Source of the DNA: Centroscyllium fabricii
Taxonomy: Eukaryota
Assembly (NCBI GenBank): GCA_051313645.2
Contig: JBNRSN020000020.1
Span: 110,422,001 to 110,486,000, forward strand
Direction of reading: 5' to 3'
DNA length: 64,000 nt
Below the pieces are notes generated by a model, which made no database searches, was not told the origin of the DNA, and worked only from the letters and a program-made list of their open reading frames with translations. Every line of letters starts with the position of its first letter. Positions within the stretch are counted from its first letter, which is position 1. Shown here one piece after another: positions 22,660 to 34,600 of this stretch. The position numbers and the translations under genes were made by a program.

Positions 22660-24000
22660 CCTCAACCCATGGTTCTTACAAAGTTCAAAGTATTCCACAG
22701 TATTTACAGCACAGAAACAGGCCATTTGGTCCAACTGGTCCGTGCCGGTTTGTGCTCCACACGAGCCTCCTCCCACCCTCTTCATCTCACCCTATCCACA
22801 CTGACGTATCGTCAATAGTCTTAATAAAACCAAAGACGAGTAGTGACCTTAACTGGAGGCTTTTATTAGCTTACAATGGAGCTACGCTCCGATCGAACAT
22901 CAGGTACAGAATGAATGGGGGCCGGTCAGTCCCCACCTATAAGGCACTCACCTGAGGGGAGGAGTTAGGGGTGTGGCTGACCTGGCCCCGCGACAGTGTC
23001 GCAATACAGGACAGTTACATCATGCACCCGACCGCTATACATACATGTAATATTGGTAACAATATTAGGATGGTAATAAGAGTACATATAACGGTTACCA
23101 CACACACATCCTTCTATTCCTTTCTCCCTCGTGTCTTTATCCAGCCTCCCCTTAAATGCATCTATACTATTCGCCTCAACCACTCCCTGTGGGAGCGAGT
23201 TCCACATTCTCACCACTCTCTGGGTGAAGAAGTTTCTCCTGAATTCCCCATTGGAGTTATTAGTGATTATTGATGGCCCCTCGTCTTGGCCTTGCCTGCA
23301 AGTGGAAACTTAGCCTGGACGTCTACCCTATCAAACCTTTTCATATTTTAGAAGGTCACCCCTCAGTCTTTCTATTTTCTAGAGAAAAGAGCCCCAGCCT
23401 GTTCAATCTTTTCTGATCGTTAAAACCTCTCATTTCTGGTGTTATTCTAGTAACTCTTTTTTGCACCCTCTCCAGTGACTCTATCCTTTCTATAATGTGC
23501 AGACCAGACTGTTCACGGTGCTCCAAGTGCAGCCTAACCGAGGTTCGACACAAGTTTAAAGCAACTTCTCTGCTTTTCAATTCTCTCTCTGGAGATGAGC
23601 CCTGGTTCCTGGTTTAATGGTCTTATTAACCTGCGTCGCTCCTTTCCGTGATCTGTGTATCCGTACCCCCAGATCCCTCGGCTCCTCTGCCCCATTTAGA
23701 CACTTATTTTCCCAGGAGTCGGTGTCCTCCTTATTCTTCCTACCAAAATATATGACCTCACACTTATCTTTTTTGAAGTTTATTTGCCAATTACACGCCC
23801 ATTCTGCAAGTTTATTGGTGTCTTCCTATATTTTTTCACAGCCCTCCTCTGCATCAATGATAACCCCCCAATTTGGCGTGGTCCGGAAATTTTGAAATTG
23901 TACTTCCAATTCCCCGAGTCCAAATCGTTTATGTAAATGGTGAACTACAGTGGCCCCAGCACCGATCCTTGTGGAACACCGTTTCCCACCATTCTCTGTC
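22660..24000 (-). mobile_element. CR1 LINE fragments (interrupted by a solo LTR)
   Basis: Minus strand encodes MVRMWNSLPQGVVEANS and GVPQGSVLGP. Confidence 0.8.
22802..23102 (-). mobile_element. Solo LTR (301 bp)
   Basis: TG...CA termini, 5-bp TSD CACAC; closely matches the reverse complement of 55014-55314. Confidence 0.92.
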
Positions 24001-24499
24001 CATTCATTTTTAACACATGGCCGGGAATACTGAAGTGAAAAAATCTGCCATTTATTTCCTGTTGACAGATTCTGTGTGTGTGTGTGAGAGAGAGAGGTAT
24101 CATGGGAGCTGTAGTTTCCAGTCCGTTCCTGTTTAATAACAACACAGGTCAGCTGATAACCAGGCAAATTAATATGTACCACACAAGCTAAAAATGTAAT
24201 TAATTTTTTCACTATTAACTCGAGCTCTAATTATAAGTTTATGCCCCACTTTGTTCTGCACTCCCCCGACACAGGCCGTGGTTTCTCCATACCTACCCTA
24301 TCGAATCATTTTAACATTTTAAACACTGTAATCAGATCACCTCTCAATCTCAAAGCTTTTAAAAATGTATTTGGGCATCATTAACAAGGCCAGCCGTTAT
24401 TGGTTCTCCCTTGAGCTGTCTGCCTGAACCACTGTAGTCCATGTCACAGAGTCATAACGGCACAGAAGGAGGCTGGGCCGTGTGGTGTGGTGATTGTTA

Positions 24500-25680
24500 T
24501 ACAGTCACAGAGTTTTACAGCACAGAAAGAGGCCCTTCGGCCCATCGCATCTGCGCCGGCCATCAAGCCCTGTCTATTCTAATCCCATTTTAAAAAATTC
24601 ATTGATGGGATGTGGGCGTCGCTGGCTGGCTAGGCCTGGATTTAGTGCCCATCCCTAATTGCCCTTGAGAAGATGGTGGCGAGCCGCCTTCTTGAACCGC
24701 TGCAGTCTTATTGTTTTTCGTAGCGGTTGTTTACAACTGAGTGGCTTGCCTGGCCATTTCAGAGGGCATTAAGAGTCAACCACATTGCTGTGGGTCTGGA
24801 GTCACATGTAGGCCAGACCAGGTAAGGATGGCAGATTTCCTTCCCGAAAGGCCATTAGTGAACCAGATGGGTTTTTGCAACAATCGACAATGATATCATG
24901 GTCGCCATTACTAAGACTAACATTTAATTCCAGAATTAAATTGAATTGAATTGAAATGCCACCAGCTGCCGTGGTGGGATTTGAACCCATATCGTCAGAG
25001 CATTTGACTGAGCCTCTGGCTTACTAGTCTAGTGATATAACCACTACGCCACCGCACCGCCTTCCTGCACTTGGTCCGTAGCCTTGTATGCTATGGCGTT
25101 TCAAGTGCTCATCTAAATGCTTCTTGAATGTTGTGAGGGTTCCTGTCTCTACCACCCTTTCAGGCAGCGAGTTCCAGATTCCAACCACCCTCTGGGTGAA
25201 AAAGTTTTCCCTCAAATCCCCTCTAAACCTCCTGCCCCTTACCTTGAAACTATGTCCCCTTGTTATTGACCCCTCTACTAAGGGGTAAGTTCCTTTCTAT
25301 CTACCCTATCTATGCCCCTCATAATTTTGTACACCTCAATCAGGTCCCCCCTCAGCCTTCTCTGCTCCAAGGAAAATAACCGCAGCCTGTCCAGTCTCTC
25401 TTCATAGCTGAAGCGCTCCAGCCCAGGTAACATCCTGGTGAATCTCCTCTGCACCCTCTGCAATGCAATCACATCCTTCCTATAGTGTGGCGACCAGAAC
25501 TGCACACAGTACTCCAGCTGTGGCCTAACTAGTGTTTTGTACAGCTCCATCATAACCTCGCTGCTCTTATATTCTATGCCTCAGCTAATGAAGGCAAGTA
25601 TCCCATATGCCTTTTTAATCACCTTATCTACCTGTCCTGCTGCCTTCATGGATCTATGTACATGCACACCAAGGTCCCTG
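24500..25680 (-). mobile_element. CR1 LINE 3' fragment with an inserted SINE (~24595-25055)
   Basis: ORF 25278-25553 (LYKTLVRPQLEYCVQFWSP). The SINE head GGTGGCGTAGTGG...GGTTCAAATCCCACC is on the minus strand. Confidence 0.8.
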
Positions 25681-26810
25681 TAAAATTAAGGCACATGGGA
25701 TTGGGGGCAAGGTATTGACTTGGATGGAGAACTGGTTGGCAGACAGGAAGCAAGGAATTGGAATAAACGGCTCTTTTTCCGAGTGGCAGGCAGTGACTAG
25801 TGGGGTACTGCAGGGATCGGTCCTTGGACCCCAGCTATTCACAATATATATATGATCTGGACGAGGGGACTAGATGTAATGTCTCCAAGTTTGCAGACGA
25901 CACAAAGCTGGGTGGGCGTGTGTGCTGTGAGGAGGATGCTGAGAAACTCCAGGATGATTTGGACAGGTTGGGTGATTGGGCAGATGCATGACAGATGCAA
26001 TATAATGTGGATAAATGCGAGGTTATCCACTTTTGTGTCAAAAACAAGAAGGTAGATTATTATCTGAATGGCAATAGATTGGGAGAAGGGGAAGTGCAGC
26101 GAGACCTGGGTGTCCTTGTGCACCAGTCGCTGAAGCTGCAGCAGGCGGTTAAGAAGGCAAATGATATGCTGGCCTACAGTGTGAGAGGGTTTGAGTACAG
26201 GAACAAGGATGTCTTGCTGTAGTTGTAGAGGGCCTTGGTGAGACCACATCTTGAGTATTGTGTACAGTTTTGGTCGCCTTACCTAAGGGAGGATGTTCTT
26301 GCCATGGAGGGAGTGCAGCGAAGATTCACCAGGCTGATACCTGGGATGGCAGGAATGACGTATGAGGAGAGATTGGGTCGATTGGGCTTATACTCGCTGG
26401 AGTTTAGAAGAATGAGAGGGGATCTCATTGAAACGTATAAAATTCTAACAGGACTGGACAGACTAGATGCAGGAAGGATGTTCCTGATGGTCGGGGAGTC
26501 CCAAACCATGGGTCACAGTCTAAGGATAAGGGGTAAGCCATTTAGGACAGAGATGAGGAGGAATTTCTTCACCCAGAGAGTGGTGAACCTGTGGAATTCT
26601 CTACCACAGAAGGCAGTAGAGGCCAATTCATTAAATATATTCAAGAAGGAGTTGGATATATTTCTTAAGGTTAAAGGGATCAAGGGATATGGGGAGAAAG
26701 CAGGGACAGGGTACTGAATTTGGATGATCAGCCATGATCGCATTGAATGGCGGAGCAGGCTTGAGGGGTCGAATGGCCTAGTCCTGCTCCTATCTTCTAT
26801 ATTTCTATGT
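25680..26810 (+). mobile_element. CR1 LINE (RT C-terminal half plus 3' UTR), 5' truncated
   Basis: SKFADDTKL, KCEVIHF, VRPHLEYCVQFWSP; TTCTAT tail. Confidence 0.93.
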
Positions 26811-28364
26811 CCCTCTGATTCTCTGCCCTTCCTAGGGTCCTACCATTCATTGTGTGTTCCCTTGTGTTGTTATTCCTCCCAAAATGCATCACCTCACACT
26901 TTTCAGAGCTAAATTCCATTTGCCACTGTTCTGCCCATTTAACCAACCTGTCTATATTGGTTTTTTTTAAATTCATTGATGGGATGTGGACGTCGCTGGC
27001 TGGCTAGGCCTGCATTTAGTGCCCATCCCTAATTGCCCTTGAGAAGATGGTGGTGAGCCACCTTCTTGAACCGCTGCAGTCCACATGGTGTAGGTACACC
27101 CACAATGTTGTTAGGAAGGGAGTTCCAGGATTTTGGCCCAGCGACAGTGAAGGAGCGGCGATACAGGTCCAAGTCAGGATGGTGTGTGGCTTGGAGGGGA
27201 ACTTGGAGGTGGTGCTGTTCCCATACATCTGCTGCCCTTGTCCTTCTAAGTGGTAGAGGTCGCAGGTTTGGAAGGTGCTGTTGAAGGAGCTTTGGCGAGT
27301 TGCTGCAGTGCATCTTGTAGATGGTACACACTGCAGCCACAGTGCGCCGGTGGTGGAGGGAGTGAATGTTGGAGGTGGTGGATGGAGTGCCAATCAAGCG
27401 GCCTGCTTTATCCTGAATGGTGTCGAGCTTCTTGAGTGTTGTTGGAGCTGCACTCATCCAGGCAAGTGGAGAGTATTCCATCACACTCCTGACTTGTGCC
27501 TTGTAGATGGTGTAAAGGCTTTGGGGAGTCAGGAGGTGAGACACTCGCCGCAGAATTCCCAGCCTCTGGCCTGCTCTTGTAGCCACAGGAGTTATATGGC
27601 TGGTCCAGTTCCGTTTCCGATCAATGGTAACCCCTAGGATGTTGATAGTGGGGGATTCAGCGATGATAATGCCATTGAATGCCAAGGGGAGATGGTTAGA
27701 GTCTCGCTTGTTGGAGATGGTCATTGCCTGGCACTTGTGTGGTGCAAATGTTACTTGCCACTTGTCAGCCCAAGTCTGAATGTTGTCCAGGTCTTGCTGC
27801 ATATGGACACAGACTGCGTCAGTATCTGATGAGTCTCGAATGGTGCTGAACAGTGTGCAATCATCAGCGAACATCCCCACTTCTGACCTTATGATGGAGG
27901 GAAGGTCATTGATGACACAGCTGAAGATGGTTGGGCCTAGGACACTGCCCTGAGGAACTCCTACAGTGATGTCCTGTGGTTGAGATGAATGACTTCCAAC
28001 AACCACAGCCAACTTCCTTTGTGTTAGGTATGATTCCAACCAATGGAGAGTTTTCCCCTTGATTCCCATTGACTTCAGCTTTACCAGGGTTCCTTGATGC
28101 CACACTCGATCAAATGCTGCCTTGATGTCAAGGGCAGTCACTCTCACCTCACCTCTTGAGTTCAGCTCTTTTGTCCATGTTTGGACCAAGGCTGTAATGA
28201 GGTCAGGAGCTGAGTGGCCCTGGCGGAACCCAAACTGGTCGTCAGTTAGCAGGTTATTGCTGAGTAAGTGCCGCTTGATAGCACTGTCGACGACACCTTC
28301 CATCACTTTGCTGATGATTGAGGCACACAACACCAGGTTATAGTCCAACAGTTTTATTTAAAAT

Positions 28365-28399
28365 CACAAGCTTTCGGAGCGCTGCTCCTTCGTCAGGTG
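28365..28399 (-). ncRNA. Minimal hammerhead ribozyme motif (minus strand)
   Basis: Reverse complement reads CACCTGACGAAGGAGCAGCGCTCCGAAAGCTTGTG. Confidence 0.75.
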
Positions 28400-28427
28400 A
28401 AGTGCTTTCTTTGGATTAACTTCACTT

Positions 28428-28462
28428 CACCTGACGAAGGAGCAGCGCTCCGAAAGCTTGTG
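28428..28462 (+). ncRNA. Minimal hammerhead ribozyme motif (plus strand)
   Basis: CAC-CTGACGA-A-GGAGC-AGC-GCTCC-GAAA-GCTT-GTG. Confidence 0.75.
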
Positions 28463-28852
28463 ATTTAAAATAAAACTGTTGGGACTATAACGTGGTGTTG
28501 TGTGACTTCTTGCATCTGTCCACCCCAGTACCTCCACATCCTGATGATTGAGAGTAGACTGATGGGACGGTAATTGGCCGGGTCGGATTTGTCCTGCTTT
28601 TTGTAGACAGGACATACTTGGGCAATTTTCCACATTGCTGGGTAGATGCCGGTGTTGTAGCTGTACTGGAACAGCTTGGCTAGGGGCGCAGCTAGTTCTG
28701 GAGCACAAGTCTTCAGTACTATTGCCGGAATGCAGTCAGGGCCCATAGCCTTTGCAGTATCCAGTGTCTTCAGCCGTTTCTTGACATCACGTCAAGATAC
28801 AACTGAGAGGCTCACAAGGCCAACTTAAGAGTCAAACACATTGCTGTGCATC

Positions 28853-29430
28853 ATAGAAACATAGAAGATAGGAGCACGAGTAGGCCATTCGGCCCTTCGA
28901 GCCTGCTCCGCCATTCAATGAGATCATGGCTTATCTTTCCAGTTCAGTACCCCGTCCCCGCCCTTTCTCCGTAACCCCTAATCCCCTTAGCCCGAAGAAA
29001 TATATCCAATTCCCTCTTAAATATATTTAATGAACTGGCCTCCACTGCCCTCTGTGGCAAGGAATTCCACTCTCTGGGTGAAGAAATTCTTCCTCATATC
29101 TGACCTAAATGGTTTACCCCTTATCCTTAGAAATTGGCCCCTGGTTCTGGACTCCCCCGCCATTGGAAACATTCTTTCTGGAGTCATATATAGGCCAGAC
29201 TGGGTAAGGACGGCAGATTTCCTTCTCTAAAGGCCATTAGTGAACCAGATGGGTTTTTACAACAATCTGACATGGTCACCATTACTGATACTGGCTTTTC
29301 ATTCCAGATTTAATAACTGAATTCAAATTCACAATTTGCCATGGTGGGATTTGAACTCATATCTCTGGAGTATTAAGGCAAAGCCCCTGGAGTACCAATC
29401 AAGTCACTTAGCCGCTGTGCTACCATACCC
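28853..29430 (-). mobile_element. CR1 3' end plus SINE fragment
   Basis: CATAGAAACATAGAAGATAGGAGC tail; 29178-29430 resembles the 24595-25055 SINE. Confidence 0.75.
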
Positions 29431-30033
29431 GACCCCACAGTGTGGACCCGAAGTTGCGGCACTATCGCTGACCCCTTGGTCGCACAGGGACAAGGAGACA
29501 AGGTTGCTGCTGCTGAATACTGCCAGCAAAGTACATGCAGTTGGCATCGGGAGAGGTCAGGCTCAGGGCTGGGGGGTGGCGGTGGGGTGGGGGGGCGGGG
29601 AGGGGGTCAGACTCGTGACCGTTGACCTAATCCCACTGACCCCGCCCCCAACCCCCCCTGCCCGCTGTTCCCTGCTCGCGATTGCCCCTTGGGTGACTGC
29701 AGCACCCTGCGGAGAGGAGTCAGCTCCTGTCAGGAAGGGGTGAAAATAGAAAAACAAAATCCGGTTAAGCTGTTGGGCCGCGCGTCCCTTATTTTTTTTA
29801 TGTACGCATGCAGCAGCGACAAAGTTCGGAAAGGTTGCGATGGAGCCTGAAGCCCAGAGCTTTCCACTGGGGTGGGGGGGCAGCAGACGGTGAGCTGGCG
29901 TGTGACTAAACTTGTTTTTTTGTTCTCTCCGTGTTTTTGAATGCAGCATCAAACTACTTAGATTCCTGCTATTTATGGCTCAAATAAATTGATTTCACTG
30001 TTCAGTAGCTGCTGTGAGTGGTTTTATCGCTCC

Positions 30034-30047
30034 GTCTCCATGGTAAC
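30034..30047. promoter_or_regulatory. RFX X-box-like palindrome GTCTCCATGGTAAC in non-repetitive sequence
   Basis: Matches the GTHNYY-AT-RRNAAC consensus. Confidence 0.35.
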
Positions 30048-30539
30048 CGAGCCCAAAAGGCTATTTTGGTAAATTAAGGACCGATATTTTAATGAAACTC
30101 AGTTCAAGCAGCAACGCGAATTGTTAGTGCATGTCAGATCCTGTAAAAATAATACACGTGCTGGAAGGAGCAGGGGCAAAGATGCAAATGTAAAATATTC
30201 CAATTCTGAATGACCCTCACAATCATTCCTGCTCACCCTCACCAGTTGGCTTGCTCTTAACGTAACAAATCTCAGGCTGATTTAACTAGGACTCGGTAAT
30301 GCGCACTTTAATCACTGTCAGCCACACTGGCCCCAGCCATCCATCTCTTGCAGGGAGACCTTTCCCTTCCAGTTTATCTGGGCAGGGTTCCTGTGAGAAG
30401 ATGTGCTCCATTTACCTTCATTGGGAACAATCTTCATGATCAAAACACATTGCTTGGAGAATCTCTCGTGTTTGATTCCGACAAGCAGGGGGGGTGCAGG
30501 GAGGGGGTGACCGGGGTGATGAGGAGTGGCTCGGCCTTG

Positions 30540-31582
30540 GTTTAACATCCGTGCCCTTGTTACCTCCAGCCTCGACTATTCCAACCAGGGCCGGCTCAAG
30601 GTATTTGGGGGCCCCAAACAAGGTATTTTGGGGGCCCCAAACAAGGTATTTTGGGGGCCCCAAACAAGGTATTTGGGGGCCCCAAACAAGGTATTTTGGG
30701 GGCCCCAAACAAGGTATTTGGGGGCCCCAAACAAGGTATTTTGGGGGCCCCAAACAAGGTATTTTGGGGGCCCTTTCTGTTTGTGTCTGTAGATATGTGT
30801 GCACAAGCACAAGGGGGGCTTCTTCTGCCGGCACTAAAACCTACTGTACCCAGTATATAATTATGCACCAGTTATGTACCAGTACATTGTGCACAATATT
30901 GTGCAGGGGCAATGTATGTCTATCATGGGCTATAATTTAAGAATGAAAACACTTAGGCCTATGAGGGGCCCTCTCAAATCGGGGGCCCTAAACAAATGTT
31001 TACATCGTTTATATGGTAGGGCCGGCCCTGATTCCAACACACTCTTGGCTGGCCTCCCACCTTCTACCCTACGTAAACTTGAGCTCACCCAAAACTCAGC
31101 TGCCCGTGTCCTAACTCGCACCAAGTCCCGTTCACCCAATCACCCCAGTGCTCGCTGACCTACATTGGCTCCCAGTTAAGCAGCGCCTCGATTTTAAAAT
31201 TCTTATTCTTGTTTACAAATCCCTTCATAGACTCCCCCCTCCTCCCCTCCCTATCTCTGTAACCTCCTCCAGTCCCTCAACCCCCCGAGATATCGGCGCT
31301 CTTGAGCATCCCTGATTTTAATCGCTGAACCATTGGCGGCCGTGCCTTCTGTTGCCTGGGCCCTAAGCTCTGGAATTCCCTCCCTAAACCTCTCCACCTC
31401 ACTACCCCTCTCTCCTCCTTTAAGACGCTCCTTAAAACCAACCTCTTTGACCAAGCTTTTGGTCACCTGCCCAAATTTATCCTTTTGTGGCTCGGTGTCA
31501 AATTTGTTCGATAATCTCTCCTGTGAAGCACCTTGGGATATTTTACTACGTTAAAGGCGCTATATAAATACAAGTTGTTGTT
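30540..31582 (+). mobile_element. L2 LINE 3' fragment (interrupted by a hAT MITE)
   Basis: ALVTSSLDYSN / TLLAGLP...QNSAARVLTRT; GGCGCTATATAAATACAAGTTGTTGTT tail. Confidence 0.85.
30586..31030. mobile_element. Non-autonomous hAT DNA transposon with an internal 22-23-bp tandem array (~8 copies)
   Basis: TIRs CAGGGCCGGC / GCCGGCCCTG; 8-bp TSD ATTCCAAC (30578-30585 and 31031-31038); unit AAGGTATTTTGGGGGCCCCAAAC. Confidence 0.92.
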
Positions 31583-32429
31583 ACCAGAAAAGTGACACCT
31601 CCGAAAGCACAGCGCTCCCTCAACATTGGCACTGGGAGTGTCAGACTAGATTATATCTCTGGAGTGGGACCTGAACCCACAACCTTCTGCCTCAGAGGCG
31701 AGAGGGCTACCCACTGAGCCACAGCTTACACTTTGAGAAAAGGCTTGAAAAAGTTACTATTATCAGTTTCTTTTACTCTTTGAGCAAATGAACTACAAAC
31801 ATCTGTACAGTGTTGACATAGGGGTAAAAAACCCAATTAGACCCTGGGGCAACCACTGTCCCCGATTCCTGTGTCATTTGTCACCCTGAGTAATGTTTGC
31901 CCCAGAGACCATGGTAACTATCGCTGCAATTTCCACCCAATGCTCCAAAATGATTTTCCACCTACATATTAAACACATTTCTCATCTAAGACTTTGACCT
32001 ACAGCAAACACAGAAGTGATTGAGGTTCATCTATCACAGCACTCTCAAATATCAGCAATGCTGCATCTGGCAATATTTCAATAAACTGGAGCAGCAGATC
32101 CTTGCTTTCAGAGTTGCCCAGGGCTCAGGCCAGTAACCAGAGTTGCCGTTCGCCCTTGTCCCCCTCCCCTCTGCCTGGGCACCCATTTTGAGGGCAGTGT
32201 GTAAACTCCCCGGGGGTCGATGTTAACCCCACTCCCCCACCCAGCGGAATGGGTCGTCAGGGAGGTGGTTAAAATCAGGCAAGTCCACTTGCAGTCCCGA
32301 GACCGTGTTGCTCCAAACCACCGGCATTTCATCTGCGCCGAGTTTGAAGTTGGCCGAGCCTCCCGCTCAAAGCAGACGAGGCCCTGGTTTAAAAGTCGCA
32401 GCCTGACGGTGTCAGGAAGGATGTCAAGG

Positions 32430-33097
32430 CCTTGGAGATTTACCAGGATGATGCCAGGGATGAGTGATTTCAGTGATGTGGAGAGACTGGAAAAGCTGGG
32501 ATTCTTCTCCTTAGAAACACACACAGAAACACAGAAGATAGGAGCAGGAGTAGGCCATTCGGCCCTTCGAGCCTGCTCCGCCATTTTGATGAGATCATGG
32601 CTGATCATCCAAACCCAGCAACCCCCTCCTACCCTCTCCCCATATCTCCCGACACCCCCAACTCTGAGAACTATATCTCACACACATACTCATGGGCAAT
32701 TTTTAGGGCAGAGATGGTTAAGGGGAGATTTAATGGAGGTGTTCAAAATCATGAGGGGTTTTGATAGAGTAAATCGGGAGAAACTGTTTCCAGTGGCGGG
32801 AGGGTCGGTGATCAGAGGACACAGATTGAAGATAATCGGCAAAAGAACCAGAGGGGAGATGAGGAGAATCTTTTTATGCAGCGAGTTGTTGTGATCTGGA
32901 ACGCGCTGCCTGAAAGGGCGGAGGGAGCAGATTCAATAGTAACTTTCAAAAGGGAATTGGAGAAATACTTGAAGGGGAACATTTTTGCAGAGCTCTGGGG
33001 AAAGAGCAGGGGGGGATGGGACTAATTGAAGAGAATCTTTCAAAGAGCCGGCACAGGCACGATGGGCTGAATGGCCTCATTCTGTGCTGTAAGATTC
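32430..33097 (+). mobile_element. CR1 3' fragment with an inverted SINE insert (32514-32705)
   Basis: RFTRMMPGM...LGFFSLE / QRWLRGDLMEVFKIMRG flank the insert. Confidence 0.8.
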
Positions 33098-33100
33098 AAT

Positions 33101-33914
33101 GGGGGAATTTTCAGAGGGCTGTGAGGGCGGGTTTCTGGCAGGGCGGGGCTTAAAATCCCAAAACCGGGAGTGGGGGGGGGGGGGGTCCTGACCCCTCCCG
33201 CCGGATCCCCGCCGCTTTGCGGTTTTCGGGCGGCGTGTCCAGCCGACCCGAATCTTTCCCGCCCGCCACTGGCGGGGTTGATCGTTGAGGTAATTAGGGG
33301 CCCTTAATTGCCATGGGTAATTCCATTTTAAGGGCCCCTCGTGATTTTTAAGCCCTTCCCACCCATACCCCGCCACCCTGAAACCCCGCCGGTGAAAGCT
33401 AGCGGGATCTCAGTCGGCTTCGTCACTTTCACCTTCAAGGCATTGAAGGACCTGCAGCAGAATGCCTTCCAGGCTGGAGGTGTAAGTGTCTCCCTTGGGG
33501 GAAGAGCAGCTGTGGAGAAAACACTGAAAAGACTCACCTTGACAGATGCTGCAATGCTTCATAGAGAGACGACCCCTCACTGTGAAAGCTTTGCAGCGTG
33601 TCCTTAGACCTGTCACTCAACCCACTTGGGCTTTGAGATTGGTTGCACTCCATTGTGATATCACAATGAACTGTTTCCATAGAAACTAACAACACACAGT
33701 CCCTAGAACTGCCAATCAAGCCTCCGGCTGTTAACTGCAGCCGGCTGCTTTCCGACTGGAAATTGTGTATTGGCAGGGGCTTCCCACACGCAGGCAATTA
33801 ATTGGCCAGTTAAGCCAAAATTGTGTGGGGTTCCCAGGCCCTCAAACATTCGTGTCAGAAAACTGACATGCCCAAAACCTGCCAGCTTCCCACACCTTTG
33901 CGAAAATACCCCCC
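33101..33914. mobile_element. Probable Harbinger-type non-autonomous element
   Basis: Imperfect TIRs GGGGGAATTTTC / GAAAATACCCCC; GC-rich subterminal sequence resembling the 6062 and 49311 elements. Confidence 0.45.
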
Positions 33915-33974
33915 TATGATTCTGCGACATCATTGGCGTTATTACATGATTTTAACTAAGACCCGCGGCGGGGG

Positions 33975-34600
33975 TGGGGCCCAGGCTGGGGCGGTTCAGG
34001 AGGAGGGGGCCCAGGCTGAGGCGGTTCAGAGGGAGGGGGGCCCAGGTTGGGAAGGTTCTGGGGGGCCCAAGCTGGGGAGGTTCAGGGGTCGGCCTAGGCT
34101 GGGGAGGTTCAGGGGGGGCCCAGGCTGGGAAGGTTCGGGGAAGGGACCCAGGCTGGGAAGGTTCAGGGGGAGGTCCAGGCTGGGAAGGTTCAGGGAGTGG
34201 CCCAGGCTGGGGAGGTTCGGGGGGAGGCCCAGGTTGCGAAGGTTCGGGGAGGCCCAGGCTGGGGAGGCGGCCCAGGCTGGGGAGGTTCGGGGGGTGGCGC
34301 CCAAGCTGGGGAGGTTCAGGAGAGGGGACCCAGGCTGGGAAGGTTATGGGGCAGGGGACCCAGGCTGGGGAGGTTCGGCGGGGAGCCCAGGCTGGGAAAG
34401 TTCAGGGGAGGGGTCCCAGGCTGGGGAGGTTCAGGGGATGGGACCCAGGCTGGGAAGGTTATTGGGTGGGGGGCCCAGGCTGGGGAGGTTCGGGGGGGGA
34501 GCCCAGGCTGGGAAAGTTCAGGGGAGGGTGCCCAGGCTGGGGAGGTTCGGGGGGGGGGGGGGGGTTGGGGGGGATGCCCAGGCTGGGAAAGTTCAGGCCA
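33975..34600. repeat. G-rich ~30-bp minisatellite
   Basis: About 20 copies of CCCAGGCTGGG(G/A)AGGTTC(A/G)GGG with variable G tracts. Confidence 0.92.

Larger units (their letters stand above)
28323..28540. mobile_element. Penelope-like inverted pLTR insert with two back-to-back hammerhead ribozymes
   Basis: 12-bp TSD CTGATGATTGAG (28311-28322 and 28541-28552); ~80-bp inverted repeat arms; same family as 9370-9571 in the opposite orientation. Confidence 0.85.
26968..28790 (-). mobile_element. CR1-clade LINE RT region, interrupted by a Penelope-derived insert
   Basis: ORF 27029-28348 has QFGFR, DIKAAFD, GVPQGSVLGP and FADD. Upstream part GPDCIP...ANYRPISLLSI at 28541-28746. Confidence 0.93.
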
